From the human T2T-CHM13v2.0 reference genome, Homo sapiens: a stretch of DNA of 64,000 nucleotides. Under the pieces are notes generated by a model. The model saw only the letters and a list, made by a program, of their open reading frames with translations, was not told the origin of the DNA and did not search any database. The stretch lies in NCBI RefSeq assembly GCF_009914755.1, contig NC_060933.1, one strand, 5' to 3'. The translations under genes were made by a program, and so were the position numbers. Positions 55,728 to 64,000 of the stretch are shown here, in pieces (position 1 is the first letter of the stretch; the number at the start of each line of letters is the position of its first letter).

Positions 55728-58700
55728 TGAGAACTGGCTCACCCAACCTACTGCCACTACTACTAAGGCCCGAGCCTACAATTCAGGATCCTAGGGATTG
55801 ATCTGCCTTGCCGATCACAGCTGGGTGCCCACATGCACCATCAGGGAGTATCAGGACAGACTCACCCAACTGTAGCCTCTGCTGTCAGTACCCAGTTTAC
55901 TATCTGGGGGCCTGGGAATTGAACCACCCTAATCACTGGTACCAGCACTCACACACACCATTTAGGGTCCTGAGGACAGGCCTACCTCTCCCACCACTGC
56001 TACTGCGAGGGCTCATTTATGTCATCTGGCGGCATATGGATCAACCTGCCCCATCTGCCACTGCCAACACCTGCACTTGCCTTCTAACGGCCTAAGGAGG
56101 GGCATGCTTCACTCTCCACTGTTGTTCTTGTGCACTATCTGTAGGCCTGGGAATAAGCCCACTCTGCCTACTGGCAGCACAAGCACACAATTCCTGGAGT
56201 CCCAGGAACTGGCCCACCTAGCTTGTCTCCACTGCCACCACTGACATTGGGGAGCCTGAGAACTGACCCACAAAGTTTACCACCACCACCATCACACTTG
56301 TGTGTGTCACTTGGGGTCCTGAGAATTGGCCCACTGCCACTACTATCACTGCAAATGCCATGCACACTGCTGAGGGACTGCAGGACTTACTCACTTACCC
56401 CACTCACCACTACTACTGCCGGTACCAGAGCAAGCCACCTGGAGGCACAAAAACCACCCCACTAGGACCCACTACCACCAGCTGCTGTTACTAGACGACT
56501 GAGGAACTGGCAAGCTTGACCTCTGATGGCCATAACTATTCTACATGTCATCTTCATCCCCAGCAAAGCCTTATCACAGCCACCACCAACAACTGCAGTC
56601 TAAGCCACTGAAGAGCTCACAGACACCAATGGCACTAATTACAGCTGAAGAAATAGGAAGACTACACTACTGCTCCCACCCAGAATCAAATCCAAAGTAC
56701 CATACTCACCCAATACTATAGATAAAATCTATAGATAAATGTCTTTCCCTATGAAAGCCAGTCCTTAAAATGGGAAGAAGCGACTGTACACAAGCTGCAT
56801 ACATATCAATCTAAGGACATAAACATGAAAAATCAATTAAATTGACAATTCCAAGGGAACACAATAATTCTCCAGTGAAAAGTCTTAATGAAAAGAAAAT
56901 CTATGAAATGCATGAAAAAGAATTCAAAATAATCTTAAAGAAACTCAGTGAGATACAAGAAAACAGATAAAAATATAAAGAAATTAGAAAAACAATTCAT
57001 GATTTGAATGAGAAAGTTCAACAAAGAAATATATCTAATAAAATAGAACCACATCCTGGAAATGATTAATTTAATTAATGGAATTTAAAAATACAATCAA
57101 TAGCTTCAACAATATAATAGATCAAGCAGATGAAACATTTCTGAACTTGAAGACAAGTTGTTTTTAAATAACCCCATTAGAACAAAAGAAAAAAAAAGAA
57201 CAAGTAAAGTCTACATGACATATAGGACACCACAAAGTGACAAAATATTCTAATTTGGGGAGTGCCAGGATAAAAAGAGATGGGCAAAGGCATATAAAAC
57301 CTATTTAACAAAATAATAGCAAATGTAATACCAAGTGTTGCAAGAGAAACAGACATCAGACACAGAAAACTCAAGTATCCCCAAATAGATTCTACCCAAG
57401 AAGATCTTCTCCAAGGTACACCATAGTCAAAATATCAAATTTCAAAGACAAAGAGGTAATTCTAAAAACAACATGAGAAAAGCATCAAATTACATATAAG
57501 GAAACCTCCATCAGACGAATGGAGGATTTCTCAGCAAAAACATTACAGAGCAGGAGAGAATGGGATGATATATTCAAAGTGCTGAAAGAAAAACAAACAA
57601 AAAAACTATTAGCCAAGAATACTAAACCCAGCAAAGCTATTTTTCCAAAATGAAGAAGAAATGAAGGATTTTCCAGACAAGCAAAAATTGAAGAAATCTA
57701 TCACTGCTAGACTGACCCCACAAGAAATTCTTAAGTGAGCCCTACATCTAGAAGCAAGCAGATGATGTCCGCCATCATGAAAACACACAAAAGTAAAATA
57801 CTCATTGGTAGAACAAAAACAAGTGAGAAAGAGAAAGGACTCAAATGTTACTATTACAGAAAACTACCAGCTGCAATGAAAACAATAAGAAGGGAAGAAA
57901 GAAACAAAAGGTACACACAACAGCCAGAAAACAATTAACAAAATGAGAAGAATAAATCCTCACCTATAATAAGCTTGAGTGTAAAAACATTGTTTCTCAC
58001 TTAAAAGATTTAAAATTGTTGAATGGATAAACACAACATGACACAACTATATGCTACCTACAAGATATTCACTTCACCTGTAAAGACACATAGAGACTAA
58101 AAGTGAAGAGATGGAAAGATACTCCACACAAATGGAAACCTAAAGAGAACAAAGGTAGCTATACTTATATCAGATAAAACACAATTTTAGTCAAAAAATC
58201 TTAGAAGAGAAATAATGTTATTATATAATAATAAAGGGATAAACTTAGCAAAGGTATAACAATTCTAATTATATATGCACCCAACACTGAAGCACTCAGA
58301 TATGGAAGTTGGGTACTATTAAATTTAAAGGGAGAGACAGACTTCCAATAAAATAGCAGATGGGACTTTAATATCACACTATCAGCACTGAATAGATCAT
58401 ATAGACAGAAAACTAATAAAGTAACACTGGATTTAAGCTAAACTTTTGACTAAATGGACCTAATAGATATTTACAGAACATTTCATCCAACAGCTGCAGA
58501 ATACACATTCTTCTCATTGGCAAATGAAACATTCTCCAGGACAGAACATATGTCAGGACACAAAAGAAGTCTCGACAAATTTTGAAAAATTTAAATTACA
58601 TCAAGTATCTTCTTAGATTACAATGGAATAAAATTTAAATCAATAACAAGAGAAACTTTGAAAACCATACGAGTACACAGAAATTAAACAGTATGCTCCT

Positions 58701-61000
58701 GAACAAACACTGAGTCAATGAAGAAATCAAGAAGGGAATACAAAAATTCCTGAGGCAAATGAAAATGGAAATGTAACACAGCAAACATGTGGATACAGCA
58801 AAAGCAGTACTAAGAGGGAAGTTTATAGCAATAACTGTCTACATTAAAAAATTAGAAAGATTTTAAGTAAACAACCTAATGATGACTTCAAGGAACTACA
58901 AAAGCAAGAACAAACCAAACTCACCATTAGTAGAAGGAAAGAAATAACAAAGTTGAGAGCAGAACTAAACAGATAGAGACTAAGTAACAATACAGAGGAT
59001 AAACAAAACAAAAGACAGAAGATCTAAATAAATAAAATTAGAAATGAAGAAGAGACATTACAAATGATACCACAGAAATACAAAGAATAACTAGAGACTG
59101 TGATAAATAATTACACACTAACAAATTGGAAAACCCAGAGGAAATGGAAAATTTGGGGCACAAACAACATACCAGGGAATAAATAGAAAACCTGAACAAA
59201 CCAATAATGAGAAATTAGATTGAATCAGTAATAAAAATCTCTCAACAAAGAAAAGCCCATGACTAGATGACTTTACCACAAAATTCTACCAAACTTACAA
59301 AATACTAACATTAATTCTTCTCAAACTATTGCAAAAAAATGAAGATGAGGGAATGCTTCCTCACTCCTTCTACAATACCAGCATTACCCTGATACCCAAC
59401 CAGAGCAATGACACAAGAAAGAAAACCACAATCCAATATCCTTGATGAACATAAATGCAAAAATCCTCAACAAAATACTGGCAAACCAAATTTAACAACA
59501 CATCAAAAGGATAACACAACATGATCAAATGGGATTTATCCCAGGGATGCAAGGATGGCTTAACATTTGCAAGTCACTAAACATGATATATCACATCAAC
59601 AGAATGAAGGAGAAAACCCACATGATCATCTAAACAGACAGAAAAAGCATTTGATAAAATTCAGTAACTCGTCATGATAAAAACTCTCAAAAACTTAGGC
59701 ATAGAAAGAACATACTTCAACATAGTCAAGGCCGTGTATGACAAACCCACAACTACCATCACAAGGAAATGGGGAGAAGTTGAAAGACTTTCCTCTAAGA
59801 ACTAGAACAAAGCAAAAATGCCCACTTCCAGCCCTCTAGAATTGAACTTAGTACTGAAAGTCTTAACCAGAGCAATCAGGCAAGAGAAAGAAATAGAAGG
59901 CATCAAAATTTGAAAAAAGGAAGTCAGATGTTCTCTGTATACAACATTACCCTAAATATAGAAAAACCTACACTCAACCAAAAATTTCTTAGAACTGATA
60001 AATGAATTCAGTAAAGTTGCAGAATGTAATTAAAAAGTGGGCAAAAGATCTGAATTGACATTTCTTAAGAGAAGACACAAATGGCTACCAAGTATATAAA
60101 AAATGTGCAACATAACTAATCATCAGGGAAATCAAATCAAAACCACAATGAGATATCATCTCATCCTAGTTAGAATGGCTATTGTCAGAAAGTCAAAAAA
60201 AAAATAACAACTGCTGGCAAGAATGAGGAGAAAAAAATAACTCCTACATACTGTTGATGGAAATGTAAATTAGGAGAGCTATTAGGGACAACAATTTGGA
60301 GATTTCTCAAAAAACTAAAAATAGGACTACCACACAATCCAGCAATTCCACTACTAGATGTATATCAAGAGGAAAGGAAATCTGTTTATCAGTAAGATAC
60401 CTACTCTCCCATGTTTATTGTAGCACTATTCACAAGAGCCAAAATATTGAATCAACCTGTGTCCATCAAAGGACAAATGGATAAAGAAATTGTGGTATAT
60501 ATAATTAAGAGAATATCATTCAGCCACAAAAAAGAATGAAATCTTGTCATGCGCAGCAACATTATGTTAAATGAAATCAGCCAGGCACAGAAAGACAAAT
60601 ATTGCACATTCCTATTTATATGTGAAAGCTATAAAATTTATTTCAAGGAGGTAGAGAACATAATCATTGTTACCAGAGGCTTGAGGCAGTAGGGCCAGGA
60701 GGGAGAAGGGGTGTGAAGAGTGGCTGATTAATGGGTACAAACATACAGTTAGATAGAAGAAATAAGTTCCAGTGTTCGATAGCACAGTAGGGTGACTATA
60801 GTTAACAATAATTTGTTGTATATTTCAAAATATTTAGAAGAGAAAATTGGAATGTTCCAAACACAAAGAAATGATAAATGTTTGAGGTGATGGATATCCT
60901 AAATAGCTTTATTTAACCATTACATGTTATAGGCATGTGTTAAAATATCACATGTATCCCATAAATATGTGTAATTATTCTGTATCAATAACAAATATAA
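55728..61000 (+). mobile_element. Near full-length L1MA (MA4/5-like), decayed, with internal ORF2 deletions
   Basis: Repeat-rich 5' UTR, ORF1 at about 56800-57750, ORF2 EN/RT at about 57940-60020 (gggatttatcccagggatgcaaggatgg), a jump at about 60022 to the ORF2 end, then an L1MA 3' UTR. Confidence 0.93.
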
Positions 61001-61014
61001 AAAATTAATTAACA

Positions 61015-61297
61015 GGCTGGGTGCAGTGGCTCATGCCTGTAATCCCAGCACTTTGGGAGGCAGTGGTGGGCAGAACACTTGATGTCAGGAGTTCGAGACC
61101 AGCCTGGCCAATATGGTGAAACCCCATCTCTACTGAAAATACAAGAATTATCCAGGCATGATGACAGGTGCCTGTAATCCCAGCTACTCAGGGAGCTGAG
61201 GCAGAACTGCTTAAACCCCAGAGGTGGAGGCTGCAGTGAGCCCAGATTGCACCACTGCACTCCAGCCTAGGTAATAGAGCGAGACCTCGACTCCAAG
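61015..61297 (+). mobile_element. AluS lacking its poly(A) tail
   Basis: gagttcgagaccagcctggccaatatggtg; ends gagcgagacctcgactccaag. Confidence 0.93.
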
Positions 61298-61311
61298 AAA
61301 ATTGATTAATA

Positions 61312-61610
61312 AAAGAGAAGCTAAATTATTGATATTAATACAAGAGGGACTGTCATTAAAGATCTTATAGATATTAAATGGATACTAACAGAGTATTGCT
61401 AACAATTCTTATGACAAAAAAATCTAACAACTTAGATGAATTGGACATATTTACTTAAAAATACAGCATACCAGAAGACAAAACACAAAATCTGAACACC
61501 AGTATCAATGAAAGAAATTAAATCTGTGATTTAAAAACCTTCCCATAAAGAAAACTCCAGACACAGATGGTTTCTCTAAATAACACCAATCCTACATAAA
61601 TTTCTTCAGA
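61312..61610 (+). mobile_element. Ancient L1M ORF2 fragment (resumed host element)
   Basis: acaacttagatgaattggaca...aaaaaccttcccataaagaaaactccag..cagatggtttc. Confidence 0.8.
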
Positions 61611-61849
61611 AAAGAAAGAATTATTTTTTTCCCTCTCAGTTAAAGTGAATTGTTGTGTCATAGGGTAGGCATATGTTTAGTTTCATAACAAAATGCCAGA
61701 ACATTTCCCAGAGTGGTTGTACTGTTTTACAGCATGTATGTATGAGAAAATGCTGATTTCCCCAAGTCTTTACTTGAAGCATGGAAAGCTGTGAGAAACT
61801 CACGCTATGCAATGAGTGTCCAAGATCTCAGGCTTCATTTGAGTATTAT

Positions 61850-62040
61850 CATTCATTCATGTGCCTATCCATAAACCCATCTATCCCTTCAACAAACATA
61901 AAGAATTTTCTGGTGAGAACACAATTCTAAGAATAAAGTGACAAGTAGATACAGTGTTGGCCTTCAGAAGCTTACAGTACTAGTAAAGAAAGGACACATC
62001 TATAAACAAATGAAACTTAGAATTTCAGGTGCTATTTTAA
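61850..62040 (-). mobile_element. L2 3' fragment
   Basis: cattcattcat...ttcaacaaacat...gccttcagaagcttacagtactag. Confidence 0.65.
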
Positions 62041-63079
62041 AAGTTCTGTCTTCAGTGGATGTCATGCTTTTGGAATGCTAAAGGAATAACTTCACTTACA
62101 ATTATTAGAATTTAAGAGTCAGAACAACGTTAAAAAGTCAGCAGGAATTACAGCAAAGTCAGTACCACAGTATTTTACAGAACCTCTGGAAACACCTGCA
62201 TTTACCACACCATTCACGTAGTGATCTCGGCACCCCAAAACACAATTAGGTGACCTGACCATATTTTCTTGTACTCACAAGGTTTGAATGACCTTGAAAA
62301 CCATAGAGACTTCAACATTATTTTAGGCAAAGGTGTCAATATGAGTAAAAGGTTATAAATATGATTGATCATCATTCATTTAAAAACATAACTAATGGCT
62401 TAGAATGAGTAGATCACAATTTGTAAGGTGTGGTGAGAAATGGGGATGGGGAAGGGATGAATTCAGGAAGATATTAGTGTACTTTTCTTGGAGGCATGGA
62501 ATTTACCATGTGAACAACTAAGAACCATTGAATGTGGTGGTAAATTGAAGAAGAATATTAAAATATTTGCATTTTAGAAAGATTATTATTTGCATTGTGG
62601 AGAACAGTTTGAAGAGGTATACAACTGGCAGTAAAATGTATTTGATTATTACAAGAATAGAGAACTGATATGTGCATGAACTTAAATATCTCAGTCACAG
62701 AGGGCTACAGGAGACAGATAAGAGAAAAATTAAGAATGTATAATGGAAAAGACCGGTAATAATAATATTATGGTATACAGTAATAATAATAGTAATATTT
62801 CTATAGAAAAGACTTATGTAATGCTAATTGATGCTATATGCTTATATTATAAAACAAAATATTTATTAATTACAACATAATTTAAAGTACTAAGTTAACA
62901 AGCTATATTGAGAAATATTAACAAAGTTATGTGATTTTGTTACATGAGTACAATAACTTATATAAAATTTATTATGTACCAGATAACTTACATTATTTTT
63001 TCTAGCTGTGGAGACCAGTGTAGACTGGTACCACCAATGAGTGAGAAAAGGTAATAACTACCCAAGTTCCATATTTTTG

Positions 63080-63270
63080 TAGAATTCTTACTGTGTGCCA
63101 AGTAGTGTTTTGTTCTATACAGTTCACAATCATTATTATTTATATTTTTCACACCTACCCTTAGATATGAGAGAATTGGGACTCAAAGACATTACATAAT
63201 TATACCTTCAATAGATTATGCAACTAGCAAATGAAAAAGACAGAATTCTGACCCATGATTCCAAAGTCCT
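63080..63270 (-). mobile_element. MIR fragment
   Basis: cttactgtgtgccaag...tgattccaaagtcctg. Confidence 0.6.
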
Positions 63271-63753
63271 GTACATGAAGGAAAGATAGTGATTGCAAGT
63301 TAAAATATGTGGGATAGCTACATGTTATCCAGAGTAAAGGCCTTCTATTTTGGACCTCAGAAAGCATTACAGTATTTGGGAATATCAGCATCTGTGTAGT
63401 CACTAAAGCCATATCAATTTGTGACTTGCTCCTCACTGTATAGACAGAATCAATGTCATTCTATTCTTAGGAAATAAAAACAATCATTAATAAATAACAA
63501 TAAATAAAAATAATCAATCTCATGAGAGGCATATGAAAGCTCTCCAGAGTCAGCATGCCAATGATTCAAGTTCACCTCTAACCTCTCCAGTAGTAGAATT
63601 CAGCTGAGAGTCAAGAATTTCATGGTACACAAGTTTGGTTTTGTTGCAGAGGGAAGAAAAAGGGATGATGTCAGAAGAGAAGGAAGATTCTGAGTATGCC
63701 ATGGGGTAATATCATTTGAAATATTTTGTGAATTCTGCTCTGAAATTGATATC

Positions 63754-63808
63754 AAAGCTCAAAACAAATGAGAATTTGTTTTGAAAATTCTCATTTGTTT
63801 TGAGCTTT
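63754..63808. repeat. Perfect 24-bp inverted repeat with 7-nt spacer
   Basis: aaagctcaaaacaaatgagaattt-gttttga-aaattctcatttgttttgagcttt. Confidence 0.97.
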
Positions 63809-64000
63809 ATTATTTCTTCCTATTTTAATGGGAACACTGAGAAATCCAGCTGCTACCTCCCTGGTATAGGTGCTGGCAGGAGATGACAGCTGGTGCAGCA
63901 ACCCTGGCCAGAACCAGATCCCACAGTGTACTGACTGACAATGGATCCATGCATCCATTCAGTGAGGACCGGAGCATCAAAAGAGGGAACGTGGACACTG

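Noticed and set aside
55729-56520. CRISPR-like repeat-spacer array
   Set aside because: The units are highly degenerate, the intervening sequences resemble each other, there are no cas genes, and the array lies directly upstream of L1 ORF1 in human DNA.
63880-64000. TDNG (integrase-like) and LNGCMDPL (GPCR TM7-like) motifs
   Set aside because: Short matches without supporting context (no DPxxY tyrosine, no other integrase residues) are insufficient to call.

Overview
AT-rich human genomic DNA, intergenic or deep intronic. A consensus-like AluYb8 at 43205-43514 points to human rather than another primate. Roughly half the window is recognisable interspersed repeat: old L1M/L1MA/HAL1 LINEs, a 5'-inverted L1PA, Alus from FLAM/J through S and Y to Yb8, solo LTRs (MaLR, ERVL, ERV1), MIR, L2, hAT MITEs and microsatellites. 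I can support no intact protein-coding gene, RNA gene or CRISPR array; the ORFs with protein homology I recognise are decayed L1/HAL1 fragments. I found no convincing new multi-gene system. Best leads: (1) the very young AluYb8, inverted relative to an AluY about 560 bp away, both inside a twin-primed L1; (2) a templated inverted insertion with flanking duplication at the end of a MER61 LTR, plus three smaller fold-back scars; (3) a repeat-free block at 47.9-48.35 kb with hairpins, clustered TCF/SOX/homeodomain motifs and a textbook 3-nt AG|ATG|GTGAGT microexon signature; (4) one target site used twice, by an L1 and then an Alu. Subfamily names come from recalled consensus sequences, not database searches, and boundaries of old repeats are approximate.
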